Shown here: piece by piece, positions 48,331-61,699 of the stretch
Layout: each line of letters opens with the position of its first letter
How positions within the stretch are numbered: the stretch's first letter is position 1
Origin: Hydrolagus colliei
Taxonomy: Eukaryota
Length of the DNA: 64,000 bases
Reading direction: 5' to 3'
Assembly (NCBI GenBank): GCA_035084275.1
Contig: CM068775.1
Coordinates: forward strand, 682,001-746,000
Program-made: the position numbers and the translations under genes
The notes under the pieces: model-generated
Told to the model about the DNA's origin: nothing
What the model saw: the letters and a program-made list of their open reading frames with translations, nothing else
The model's database searches: none

Positions 48331-48615
48331 ATCAAATGGTTACTGGAGGATGGGGTCTGGGGTGTGTGGCTGTGGGGTGAGGCATATTCGGCCATGACAT
48401 CACCTCCCACCCTCCTGCCACTGACAGTGAGACCTGGGAAGATTGGAGTTTACCTGGACTATGAGGGGAGAAAGGTGTCATTTTACAACGCTGCTACTAT
48501 GTCTCATCTCCACATTTCCATGCACAATTTCACTAAGAAACTTTATCTTCTCTTGAATCCCTGTCATAATTATGAAGAGAAGAACTCGCAGCCACTGAGA
48601 ATCTGCCAGTTATAA
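48331..48615 (+). pseudogene. C-terminal fragment of a TRIM/butyrophilin-type B30.2 (PRY-SPRY) domain
   Basis: [65 protein letters not shown]. The 5' part is replaced by L2 sequence. Confidence 0.82.
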
Positions 48616-51279
48616 CACATTAAGAGTGTCGTGGATTTATCTTAGTTTCCATGTTTAAGGGAATTTGGGGTGGTGGAGGGGAAGGGTTACAGGAGGCGAT
48701 GAGGTGAACGCGCTCTATAAACCAACTTTTGTTGTTGTTGTTGTATGTGAATCCATGTAGATCCTGTAGTAACAACCACAAAATTACACTTCTAAGCACC
48801 ATTCACATTAGTAGGATGTCGCAAGGTACTGGACACTAGTTACTGTTTTAGACATGAGCCTGGTCAGGATTTGGTGGGGTGGATGGAAAGGGGGGGATTT
48901 GGGGGTGACCAATGGGACCGTCGAAGAGGAGGTTCTTGACACAGGACATGAAGATCGCTAGGCAGAGGGCCAGGCAGAGGTTAGGGGCAGAACAACTGAA
49001 AGCTCATCAACAACACCAACAACAACTTTGATTTATCCTTGCCGGATGGCGTCTCAGAGCACTTCATAATAGCGGATCCTGGGACCGAGCCAGGGGCAGG
49101 AGCAGAAAGGTGACCAAAGGTGCTGTTGAAGAAGATGATGGGGCAGTTGCATCAGAGGAGCCTGTGGAGCAGAGAGATGGGGCAGTTTGTTTGGCCATTA
49201 GGAGGTCGCAGAGGGAGAGCGGATGGGCCAAGGCCATGAGGGCTTTGAATGTGAGGACCAGGATCTTGAATTGGAATCTCTGCCTGATAGTAATAATAAT
49301 AATAATAATAATAACAATAATAATAATCCTTACATTTATATTGCGCTTTCCACATCTTATTGACGTCTCAAAGCGTTTCACAGAATACAAAAACATCCCA
49401 AGGTAGGGACCAAAGTAGTGGGGAGGGGTTGAGGTAGGAAGAAGAAAAAGAGGGAAGAAAGGGGGGAAAAGAGGTAGGGACCAGAACAGGGAGGGAGGGG
49501 GAGGGGTAGGGGCAAGGAAAGCAGGAAAACCAAACATATATTTGTGGGCTATACGGTATTGGTAGTATATCCTAGTTATACACCTTTTAATTGTACGTTA
49601 ACCTTGCTTCACAATAAATTTTGACTGCACCAATTTGGGATCGTCGGGTCATATTTTGAATCCTCGGGATCGGAAATCCCAACAAGTTTCTGTTGGTTTG
49701 TGTGTGGATGTAATGATACCTGCATATAAAATAAATTGGTCACTTCAATCCATGACTGGTTGTTGATCACAGCTGTGTCTCACCCATGCCCCAGCCCTCC
49801 CACCACACCCTCACTGCCCTCCTACCCCTACCACCACCTTCCATCCCATACCCATTGTATCACCCCCACCTTTGCTATCCACCCTCCTGCCCTGCTCCCC
49901 CATCATCCTTGCCCAACTACCCACGCCCCCAACCCTCTATCTTCCACCTTCCCTGCTATCCTACCTCTCCCTCCCTACCCACACTCCATGTTCTCCACCC
50001 CCACACTCTCTGCCCTCCCATCCTACCCCACCTCCCGCACCCAACCTCCCTGTCCTCCACACCCACACTCCCTGCCCTTCATCCCCACCATCACTATCTC
50101 ATTCTTACTGAAGTTCTATTCCCATTCCCAAATTTCTTGGCCCTCCACTCATCAAATTTTGGCTCATTACCCAATCCATCCTCTCTCCTTTATTCCCACT
50201 CTCTTCCCCTCCCTATGTACTCCACTCTCACACTTCTTGCATAACTATCCTCAGTTCCCTTCGTCTCTCCATCTCACATCTCCATTCTCTACTTCCCTCT
50301 GTCTCTCCCTGATTCTCCAATCTCCCAACCCCCTCCATCTCGTCTTGCTTAATGATTAGCTGAAGTGCTCCATGGCCAGTACAGTGTCTCCTGTTCAAAA
50401 TGAGGAACTTATTTACTGTGAAGTCGGACTAAACTCGATTTACACAAGTGTGGAGTCCTGTCACACAATGGTTAGAGCTTCATCTCGCAAGCAAGAGATG
50501 CCATGAGTGAAATGTTAGGCAAGTTTCCTTACTCCCCACACCTGTGTTGATATAGCAGTAAATGGGAACCCGGTTATCAGTCAATCGACGGATTGCTTTC
50601 CGGGGGGAAATAAACTCTTAAAACCAATATAATAAACGCTAATAATAACAGGCTGGTCACTCAATCCTTGCCTATTTGGGGCATGACTGTGGGCAATTGA
50701 CTGACAAGACTGATGTGAGTTTGATTATAAGATGTCAAACTCAGGTGGACGCGCTCTCACTTCTGGGTCAGGGAGTTGTGGGTTCCAGCCCTGAGTCGGC
50801 TTTGAGCTGACAGTCCAGTCTGATCATTGATTGGGGGGGTCTCTCTAACTGTCCCCATAGAGAGGGGTGGGGGTGGGGGAGGGGGCCTCTCTCTAACTGT
50901 CCAACTCCACCACTACCTCACCCCCAAAGCCGCTGAAACCCTCATCCACGCCTTCATTACATCGCGGCTCGACTGTGCAAATGTCCTGTGATGCACAAGT
51001 TTTGTTGTTATTTGTGTCTCCAAGGCGGGGTGGGGGCGGGGGGGGGGGGGCTCCTCTCCTGTGTCTAACTGTCCACATTGGGGGGGGCGGGGGGGGGGGG
51101 TGCTCCTCTCTCTAAGTGTCCCCATGGTGGGGGTGGGGGTGGGGGAGGTGGGTGGTGGCTCCTGTCTCTAACTGTTCCCATGTTGGTAGGGGGTGGGGGC
51201 GGGGGCGCTTGGCTCCTGTGTAAAACAGCCGCTCCTCTCTCTAACTGTCCCCATGGGGGGTGGGAAATGAAGCTCGAGC

Positions 51280-51520
51280 TGTAACGGTTGCCTCTTGCGC
51301 TTCTCTCCCGCGCTCGCTCTCACTCATCACGTGGGGCTCCTGCTGAGTCCCCCATTGGCCGCCCGCCAGCACGTGGTCTGACACATGCGCTGCTTCCCCC
51401 CTCACCCCGCGTGCTCCTCGGCCCCAAACGGTCGGCGCTCGCTCAAGGCTTTCGCTGCCTTCAGGAGACTTGTGTTGGGGGCGATGGCAATGACGACCCC
51501 TCAAAGGGTGGGGGTGGGGG
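51280..51520 (+). promoter_or_regulatory. Second CpG-rich promoter-like island (two E-boxes, CCAAT, GC box)
   Basis: CACGTG at 51328-51333 and 51370-51375; ATTGG at 51354-51358; CCGCCC; candidate GCGATGG start at 51484. Confidence 0.45.
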
Positions 51521-52469
51521 TAGGGGAGGGAGGAGGCCTGCAGCCCAGAGACGGCAGCAGGTCAGAGGGAGAAGCCTGGAGAGCCCTGGGTTGGGTTGAG
51601 GGCCATTCGTCAGTTCTGACAAACGATCGTGGACCCGAACCGTTAACTGACTTTTCCATTCTCTATAGATGCTGCCTGACCTGCTGCGTGTTCCCAGCCA
51701 TTTCTGTTGATGTTTTATTATTATCCTCATTGTGTTCAAATCAATACGCATTCCGGGTTCCTCCACTTTAGCCCATTCTATCCAAGGAAATGAAGACAGT
51801 GTAACTCTTCATCTCTGTCAGTCTTCCCACTGGTTTCCTATTAGAAACCTGAGCTTTTATTTTGTAATTTGAGGCACAGTTTTCTGTGGCAATAATGATT
51901 ATGGGAAGAAACTGAGAAACTGGTTTTAAAGGTAGGAGAGGCCGAGCCACGTCCACACTGACGTATCAAGACTGTGTGGAGGCTGGAAGAGAAATCATTG
52001 TTGGGGACAAAGTGGAGATTGTGTGAGAGATAGGACCTGAACTAGTCAAGCACAGAACCTTGAAGGTTGAAGTGAGAGGACAGGTGGTGGAGGAGGATTG
52101 AGTGGTCCCCATGGTGTCAATGGCGGCAGAAGTTGAGGAGGATGAAGAGGCAGTGGGAGCTCTGGTCACATATGGACAAGATGTCATTTGTGATCTTGAC
52201 CACAGCAACTCACTATAAGCCACTGTAGGGGCCTCATCTGGAGAATTCTGTCAAGGTGTTGCTCACACACTTTACGAATGATGTCTGGGCCATGGGGAAA
52301 CTGCAGAGGAGATTTACTAGGATGGTACCAGGTATGTGTGACTTTAGTTACATGTAGAGACAAGATTATCAGGGATTGTTCTCCTTGGAGCTGAGAATCT
52401 TTATGGGAGATTTAGTAGAGATGGTCAAAACTGAGAGGATTTGATGGACGAGATGGGGAGGAACTATCA

Positions 52470-54330
52470 CAGTTCCTCCCTATGTGGAGGAACAAATCCG
52501 GCCTCACGGTCCACCGGCATATCTGGCTGGACCTCACATCTTCCTACAGCTCCACCCTATCCTCCGCCAAATTGTCTTTCTACTCCAAGATAATCCTGGA
52601 GGCGAAGGACAACCCACATCTTTCCTTCTCCACCACCAACCATCTCCTTCATCCACCCCGCCTCGCAGATCATCTCCTTGATCTCCCGCTGTGAATAGAT
52701 GCTGGATTTCCTTGTGACCAAATTTGAGGGAATCCGCTCTGCGATCACTTTCTCCCAAATTCCACACCCTCCCCCCCCATACCCCGTCTCTTACCCATCC
52801 CTCGTTCCACATCTTCGACCCCATCTCCCCATCCTCCGTTGTTGACACCATCTCCTCAATGAAGCTCACCACCTGTTCCTTAGATCCCATCGCCACCCCT
52901 TTCCTTACCACTCAGCTCCACCTTCTAGCACCTCTAATCACCGACACGATCAACCTATCCCTCTCACCCAGGACTGTTCTCACGCCATTCAAAACCGCCA
53001 CCATCACCCTCATCCTAAAAAAACCTTCCCTCAATCCATCAGAGCTATCAAGCTACCGGCCAATCTCCAACCTCCACTTCCTGTCCAAGTCCTTTGAAAG
53101 AGTGGTTTCCTCCCAGCTCCACTCTTTCCTCACTCATTGAAACCCTCCAATCGGGTTTCCATGCCTCTCACAGCATGAAAACTGCCCTTGTCAAGGTCAA
53201 AAATGACATGTTGATTATCTGTGACCAGGGCTACCTCTGCCTTCTCATCCTCCTCGATCTATTCACTGCCTTCGATACGTGGACCAAGCTATCTTCCTCC
53301 ACCCGCCTCTCCTCCCTCCTCAACCTGCAAGGCTCTGTCCTCGAATGGTTCCGGTCCTATATCTCCCACTGCCTTTATTTTGTTTCCTCCAACGGCTTCT
53401 CCTCCAGCCCCCGCACAATCACATGTGGTGTTCCCCAGAGCTCTGTGCTTGGTCCGCTGCTATTCACCCTCTACACTCTCCCCCTGGGTGACATCATCCA
53501 CAGATAATGGGTAAATTTGCGCATATATGCGGATGACACCAAACTCTACCTATCCGTGTCAATCCTCAATTCCAGAACCACTGGCATTCTGACTGCATGC
53601 ATGTCCGATATAGAGTCCTGGACAAGGGCAAATTTCCTCAAGATGGACGCCCTCCTGATTCATTCACGTCAGCACCTCCGCACCTGAGGAGCTAACAACA
53701 TCAGTGTTCAAGGCTGCTCTTTCCACCTCTCAAAGCCAATCTCTCCTCATCAGCCTCCCTAGCTCCTCCCTTCACAGGCTGCAGATCATTCAGAATTCTG
53801 CTGCTCATGTACTCTCCCACACCTGGCTTCGCGTTCACATCACTTCCACCCTCGCCCGTCTCCACTGGCTCCCATCCGCCAGAGGATCAAATTCAAGATC
53901 CTTGTCCTCACTTTCAAGGCCATTCACGGCCTTACCCCCGCCTATCTCTCTGACCTACTGTCTCCCTATCAGCCTGCCCACACCCTCCGTTCAGCAGATT
54001 AAGGCCTGCTCCGCGTCCACCGCCCTAACCGCCCAACCATTGGCTTTCAGCCTCTTTGCTCCCACATTGTGGCACTCCATCCTGCAGCTCCTCCACTTTG
54101 CTTCCTCCCTTTCCTCCTTCTAGGCTGGTCTCACGACCATCCTCTTCAACCGCGCCTTTGGCTGCCCACTAATTCTTCCTGCTCTCCCACTCTCCTTCGC
54201 CCTACCCCGACCCTCCCCCCCACCCCCAACCCGCAGCCCGCTCGGGTCCCAACCTAACTGTTCAGCGCTTTGGGATGTCCTCCCGACGTGAAATGTGCTT
54301 TATAAGTGCAATTTTATTGTTGTTGTTGTC
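52470..54330 (+). mobile_element. Decayed L2 LINE (RT region to tail)
   Basis: LKKPSLNPSELSSYRPISNL, GVPQSSVLGPLLF; L2 tail. Confidence 0.88.
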
Positions 54331-57300
54331 GTTGTATTACAGTTTGCAGTGCACTGCTTGGAAGGGTGGTGTGGATGGATTTGATAAGCATGTTCAAAAG
54401 GGAATTGGATATGAACTTGACAAAAGGAAAGTTTGCATGGGAAGAGAGTGGAGGAGTTGAACAGATTTGGCAGCTCTTCAATTAGCCAGTACAGGCACAA
54501 TGAGTCTAATGGTTTCCTGGTGAGCTGTAATAATCTATGATTCTATAATATCTGTCATTTGAATATAATTTTTTTTTTCAAGTTGTTTTTAACTTGTTTA
54601 ACCCGGGGCACAAAATATTGTAATATTCTTGGTAGAAACTGGCAACTTTCACCCTTTGGTTCTTCAAACTTTCCACTTCTGTCAGGTTTTATTTGCTACA
54701 TGCAATGTCTGGGTAGACTAATTGCTATGATTAGTGAACATCTCAATTGTTATTGTAGAATGTGATTACCAGGATGGTAGAAGGTGAACTAGACGGACTT
54801 GCGTCTTTTTTTTCACCTTGCAATTTCTATTTGCCTAACTGCCAAAATACCAAGTACAACTTAGAATAAAGGAAATTTTAATACTGTCAGGTGTAACCTT
54901 TTGTGGAGCTACTAGATCTCAGTGGTTAGAGCACTCGACTTACAAGCAGGAGACCTGTGTTCGAATCCAGGTAGATCAGGGCAACTTGGAAAAGTTTCCT
55001 TACTCCACATGCCTAATAATAATCCGTCCCCAAAAAATCACAACAATAATAATTGGTCATATCAATCCATGATTGTTTGTGAGATTCTGCCGTGTGCAAT
55101 TGGCTGCCGTGTTTTGCCCACAAAATATAGAGTGAATTCACTTAATGGTATATTCTGTGAAGCACTTTAAAATGTTGATAAGATGTGAAAAGCGCTATAT
55201 CAAATGCAAAGATAAATATTATTGTTATAAAACAATTCCATTATCCTTGGTATTTAAGTCAATTCACTTTGTAGCATATTCTAGAAGATGTCACTTTATA
55301 GTATGTTCTGGAAGATGTGAAGGCGCTATATCAAATGCAAGGATTATTATTTATTACAAGCTGGTAAAACAGGCATTGAAAGGAATCACTGTCTTTCAAC
55401 CAAATTGGAATTCATGCTCTAATGTAACCACTGAGCTGCGCTGCAGGAGCAATGGAGAATCTTGAACACTATCAGTGCTGTTAATCAATGGGCACAATTT
55501 GGAATTGTCTGATTCTTGAGCTGAGAAATGTCTGTCGATTTCATCATTTTTGAAGAGATTCTGAACAAAAGCTTTGTTTCTTCTGGTCACTGACCATTTG
55601 AACTAATGACTAGCAAGATCCATTGGTTTCCCATTCCCCAGAGGATCGAATTCAAGACCCTCATCCTCACCTTCAGGGCCATTCATGGCCTTGCCTCCCC
55701 CCACCTCTCCAGCCTACTGTCCCCTAAAAACCTCCCCGCCTCCTCCGTACAGCGGGATCTAGCTTGCTCCATGTCCCTCCACCGATCCACCCTACCATCG
55801 GCGGACAGGCTTTCCACCTCTCTGCCCCCACACTATGGAACTCCATCCAACGGTCCCTTCGCCTCGTTCCCTCCATCGCCTCCTTCAAGTATCTCAAGAC
55901 CCTCCTCTTCAACCAAGCCTTCTGCTGCCCTCCCAACTCTCTCCCTCCCCACATAATTCTCTCTCGCCCCTCCACCCTACGCTGACCTCGACCTTGCACA
56001 GTTCCCAACCTGACTGTTCAGCACCTTGAGACATCTTCCCGACTGAAATGCACTCTATAAATGTAACTTTGTTGTTGTTGTTGCCTTTAGAAATATGATT
56101 GACCTTTGCTGTAACCTTGCTGATCTTTATTCATAAACATTCAGCAAGATACGGAGTGCTCCGAGACGCCGACCAGCATGGAGAGCGCTATATAAATGCT
56201 AGTTGTTGTTTTTGTTATTTCCATATTCAGGTTTCAGAAAGAAACAGAAAATCTGGGAATGGTGTAAGGCTGATCAAAGGTGGTTAAGGGTTGACCTGAT
56301 ACACATCTTTTAAATTATCCAAATTGTTAATAGAGCTAATATAGAGACTTTATTACCACTGTTGGATAAACCGGTGACTAAATGGCATGAATATAAGATA
56401 GTTAGCAACTGAGCAAATGGCAAAGTTGTTTTTTTTCATGGCACAGAGTGTTTTATAGATACAGAGTGTCCTGACTGGAGTAGGTTGTGACAAGAACCAT
56501 GTTAGTTTTGAAAACAGCCAGACACATGGCTGGACTGGAGTCCTGTCGATCAGTGGCTAAAGCAAGCGTCTCACAAGCAAGAGACCAGGGTTCAATTCCT
56601 GGAAGCTCAGGGTGAAATGTTGGGTACGTTTCCTTACTCCACATGCCTCATACAAAAAGCCAATGATAAGTTGGTCACTCAATTCAGGACTGTTTGTCGG
56701 ATACTGCTGTGCTCAATTGACTGTGCGTTTCGACCACAAAATGTAAAGTGAATTCATTTTACAGTATATTCTGTGAAGTGCTTTGAGACATCTAGAAGAC
56801 TTGAAAAGTGTTAAATCAAATGCAAAAATTATTAATGTTATTATTAAAGTGGAGTCTACTGGTGCATATGAACAGAGCAAGTGAACGTGATACAAAGCAT
56901 TGCTCTTAAAAGAACCAGTTGATGTAGAATTGACCAATTTACCTTTTCTACAATGTAAACATCTTTGATACCATAAATAAGGGAATAATAGACACTAAAT
57001 TATTATTCTCTCAGATGCTGCATCACCCATGTAGGTTTTACTTGTTTTAACCCCTTCAATACACAGCAAGTCCACACAGAATATGATAATCATGCCGCAA
57101 CAACGTGATTAAGACATTGTCCGTGCAAGTCAAACATTATTATCATATAAGGTAAAAGACCATGTTGTATTGTAGGGATTGTTGGCCTGAATATCTGGAG
57201 AAATTTACTTGTTTCCCCCCAAAAGTGGTATGGAACCTATACCACAGAAATAGGCAGACCAAATCTACTTCATTAAGATAAGACAAGAATTAGGAGCAGG

Positions 57301-58847
57301 AGTAGGCCATTCGGCCCTTCGAGCCTGCTCCGCCATTCAATAAGATCATGGCTGATCTTCTCAACTAACTCTAATTACCTGCCTTATCCCCATATTACCA
57401 TTCATCCCCTGCCCTGCATTACAGTATCAGCCTGGAGTACATCAACTCCACATGCAAACATGGGGCTGGAACCCACGACTTTCTGACTGACAGGCCAATG
57501 CTTATGGTTATCGGTAAACTCTGAGTTCAAATTCTCAATGTGGGGATTGAACCCACAATATTTTGACTCAGAAGCGAGTGTCCTGCCCGATGAGACATGT
57601 TAATAAACATAGTTAGGGGCATCCTCAGCTTTCAGACAGACACAATAATCACAGCTTACTTCTTTCCATTGATTCATTGTACTCGTCTCTACAATACATT
57701 GTCAAAGATTGTTGGTAGTGTTTTAGTTTTATTCAATTTAAAAAGGTCATTGTCTGCTCTGACATCACTCTTGTTCTTCTTTTTTCTGTAACTTTAAAAT
57801 AATGCTGATCTAATAACACCTGCAAATTGTTATTCTCTCTGATGATAATTCACTTACAATTGGTTTTGATTTTTTTTTTACTTAAATAATAAACAGTTTG
57901 GGTGGAGGCAACTAGTGATACAAACATTAACTAATAAAGATTTATTAGTTGAGAAATTAAATTTCCTGAAGTTTATTCTATGTAACATGTGCACTCTGGT
58001 AATTGTCAGTGGCCTGGTGCCAGATAATATTAATGCTGTTTGTGAAATAATCTCCAATAGTTACCAAATGCCAAACAACTGTTTTTATATCCTCTGCAGA
58101 ACAATATCTGATACTTTAATTTGATCATTAGTTTATATCCACAGACATAAGGCATGTGTGGTTAATGCTCGAGTTGTTTGTTGGAGTATTTTTAACCAGT
58201 TTCTAGCAGATGGCTTTCAGGTCAGGTTACTATTAAGAGGAAGACACTCTAATTTAATGTCAGAAAGTGCTGGTGTTTCCTGCTGATAAGCAACTGACTC
58301 TTTCCCAGATCATCAGGTGGCCAATGTCAATGATTTCTTGTACGTGTTGTTTAAACGGGGGCAGCAGGATTCAGTTCAGTGTTAATTTAACTTAATTTTT
58401 TCACAAGTTATCAACTATAGATGTATGTACATTAATTTTAATATCCATATGGAGTACAGGGGAGGTAGGTATGAGTTGTGAAGTGAGGTGGGGGTTCTAG
58501 ATCAGTGTGAGTTTAAAGAAAACCAATTTTGAAAAAAAGAAAAATATGACACAGTGTTCTGAGCGGTGCAAATTTTCACAAAATCCCAAACAGTTCACAG
58601 TAAATTTACATTCTGTTCCATTCCATCCTGCTCTGCTCCAGGTCTTCCATTTAACATTAGGTTTTCAGTGACTTGCAATGACAGGATAACTGACCCGTGC
58701 TCACTTCATGTCAAAGGTTTCTTCTAAAGTGTACAATTATAGCAGGAAAAATATTTTTTAATTGTTATCTGTACTAAATAGGGTGAGTTTCAGATTATTC
58801 AAATTATTTAAAGTGTCTGCACTTTCAATTAATTTCAAGTTTATATT

Positions 58848-59593
58848 CCATCTCCGATGGATCGCCTGCTTTCTTCCACCACCGTCAGATCGCCCGTCTC
58901 CGGCAATATCTCACCCCAAAAGCCGCTGTAACCCTGGTCCATGCCTTTGTCATCTCTCGGCTGAACTATTCCAATGGCCTGCTCACCGGTCTCCCCTCCA
59001 CCACAATCCATAAAATCCAACTCATTCAAAAGTCTGCTGCCCCCATTCTCACCCGCATCAAACTTTGCTCCCGCATTACCCCAGTCCTTGCCAGACTTCA
59101 CTGGCTCCCTATCCCAGAGAGGATCGATTTCAAGATCCTCACCCTTGTTTTCAAATCCCTCCACTCCTCTGCACCTCCTCTTAACTCTCTGACCTCCTCT
59201 CTCCTCAAATCAATACCTGTTGCCTTTGCTCCAGTATGTCTGGCCTCCTCCTTGTCCCTCCGAATCCTCCACGCCACCCTCAGCGGCCTTGCCTTCAGCC
59301 ACCATGTCCCGAGGCTCTCGAACTCTCTTCCTCACTCCCTTTGCCTCGCCCCCTCTCTTCCCAATTTCAGGTCACAGCTAAAGACCTTTCTCTTCGATCA
59401 TGCCTTTGGTCACCTTTCTACCCCTGCCCTTGGCTCGGTCCTGGGATCTGTTGTTGTGAAGTGCTCTGAGACACTGTCCGGCGTGGATGGCACTATATAA
59501 ATCGAAGTTGTTGTTATATTGTTGTTGGGGTACGGGTTATATTGCCGGAGACGGGCGATCTGACGGTGGTGGAAGAAAGCAGGCGATCCATCG
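58848..59593 (+). mobile_element. L2 3' fragment bracketed by a perfect 55-bp inverted repeat
   Basis: 58855-58909 is the reverse complement of 59539-59593. Confidence 0.8.
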
Positions 59594-60723
59594 TTAGGTT
59601 GGCTCAATGATCTATTGCTAATTATTATATGCATAAATCCAACAGTAAATTATAGAACAAAATGGCCAGGACCTTGAAAGAGGTCCACATCAGTTTAGGA
59701 AGATAGCCAGCTGGTCCCCACCATCAAAAAGGTTGAGAAACACTGGTCTAAATGACTCAATGTAGAAGGATTAAATCCTTGGTGGAAAGATTGCAATGAA
59801 ATTGTGGAACTTAGTCAGTCTCGATAATCAACTTCCTGAGCCAAGTGGGTCAGACCTTCCAGGCCCTGTTGTTGACAAACCATCCAGCCTTGGCTGCCTC
59901 ATTGGCAGGACCAGAGGGCAAAGCAGTCACAGCGGCCATTGGAGATTCATCCAATTGAGGTCCTGTTTACCTAGTAGGCCAAAGCACTAACACAGAGGAC
60001 AGTTCTCACTGGTCAAGTAGCAGCAAACTTGCCAGACAGCGCATGTCAAATTTAACTTCTTAAACTCCAGCAGTTACAAGTCCAAAGCCTGACTAACCAG
60101 CATCTGAAATGCATCTGAATTAGGTTGGACAGGTTTGTTCCTCCGGGAACAATGTCTATGCAGCTTCATGATGAGATGAATCTCCATGATATGGAAATAA
60201 TTCATGGGTCGATATTCATTCTGTTTGTGTAACAAAATATACAGTCATTTCAGTAAACAGTAAATGATTTGAGATGTCTCCCAAAGTTTGATATGGCTCT
60301 ACATCAAAGGCAGAGATTATTATTATTAGAAAGATTGCAGAACTTTTTTGAAATACCAAATGTTTTGAAACCAGTACAAACTGTATCCTGATTCAGTGCC
60401 TCGGAATGTCCTCCCGGTGTGAAAAGTGATTTCCTGATGTAATTTGTGGTAGTTTGTTGCAGTTGATACCAGAAATTTGTGCAAATATATATTAAATGTG
60501 TGGGTTTGTTTTAAATTCAGCCAAGTTCTGGACTTGTTACCATACTGCATAAAGCAGTAAAGCATGACCCAAGATAAATTACTTCCCAGTTTTGCTCATT
60601 CTCAGGGAGGGGAACATTAGGAGCAAAATACAGGTATAGAGTGGCAGCTAACCAGAGGGCATGGCCTGCATTTGAAATTCTAAACAAATCTGTGGAAATA
60701 CTATTTGAGTGATACTATTTGAG

Positions 60724-61699
60724 TAGGGACTGTCGATATGGAAATTTTCCAATTTAGATATATCGATGGGCTCATATCGAGATATACCGATGTATCGATA
60801 TTTTCAGGGTTTTCGTACTCCGCATTCGCGCGCGTCGCGAAGTGCGCACGCATTCGGAGGTGCACGCGCATTCGGGGCCTATCTCCTCAGGAGGTAAATA
60901 TCACTCTCTCTCTCTGTGTCTCTCACACTCACTCTCTCCATCTCTGTGTTTTTCTGTCTGTCTGTGTCTCTGTGTCTCTCTCCTCTCTCACATCCCCCCA
61001 TCTCTATCTATCTGTATATTATCACATCACCCCCCATCTCTCCGCCGCTGTCCCTCTTTCCCCCCACCCCCCCACACCACTAACCCTCTCTCCCTCCACC
61101 TCCACTGCCGCCGTCCCTCTCTCCCCCCTCCCCCTCCTGCCACCGTCCCTCTCTCCCCCCCACCCTTCTGCCGCCATCCCTCTCTCCTCCTACACCCCCG
61201 CCTCCGTCCCTCTCTCCCCCCAACCCCATTGCCGCCATCCCTGTCTCCCACCCACCACCACTGCCGTACCTCTCTCCACCCCCCGCCGCCGCCGTCCCTC
61301 TCTCCCTCCACCCCCACCACCACCGTCCCTGTCTCCCACCACCCCAACTGCTGTCCCTCTCTCCGCCCCCACCCGCCGCCGTCCCTCTCTCCCCACCCGC
61401 CATCTCTCTCCCCCACCCCCACCACCCCCGCTGTCTCTCTTCCCCCCACCCCACACCCCTTGTATACCTGTATATTGTATTCGAGGACTATGAATACAAT
61501 ATGGCAGCTTGCATCTCAGTCTGTGCATTGTGTGTAGAGATGAGCATTCTGAGTCTTGTAGTTCAGTGCACGCGCATTCTGTTTTTTTTGATATATCGAC
61601 TTTTTCGCTATATCGATATATTGAAAATGTTTATGTCGGCAGATCGATATGAAGATTGTATCAAATATAACCGTTATATTGATATATAGCTGGAACCTA
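60724..61699. mobile_element. hAT-type MITE, copy 2 (same family as 28476-29650)
   Basis: TAGGGACTGTCGATAT..ATATAGCTGGAACCTA ends and the same internal layout; no clear TSD. Confidence 0.82.

Noticed and set aside
49540-49700. Possible solo-LTR fragment (AATAAA ... CCCAACA)
   Set aside because: No matching 5' TG end or TSD identified.
55396-55590. Protein-like minus-strand ORF, and similar short ORFs/exon candidates at ~4980-5090 and 59800-60560
   Set aside because: No recognisable homology or consistent exon chain; cannot be supported without searches.
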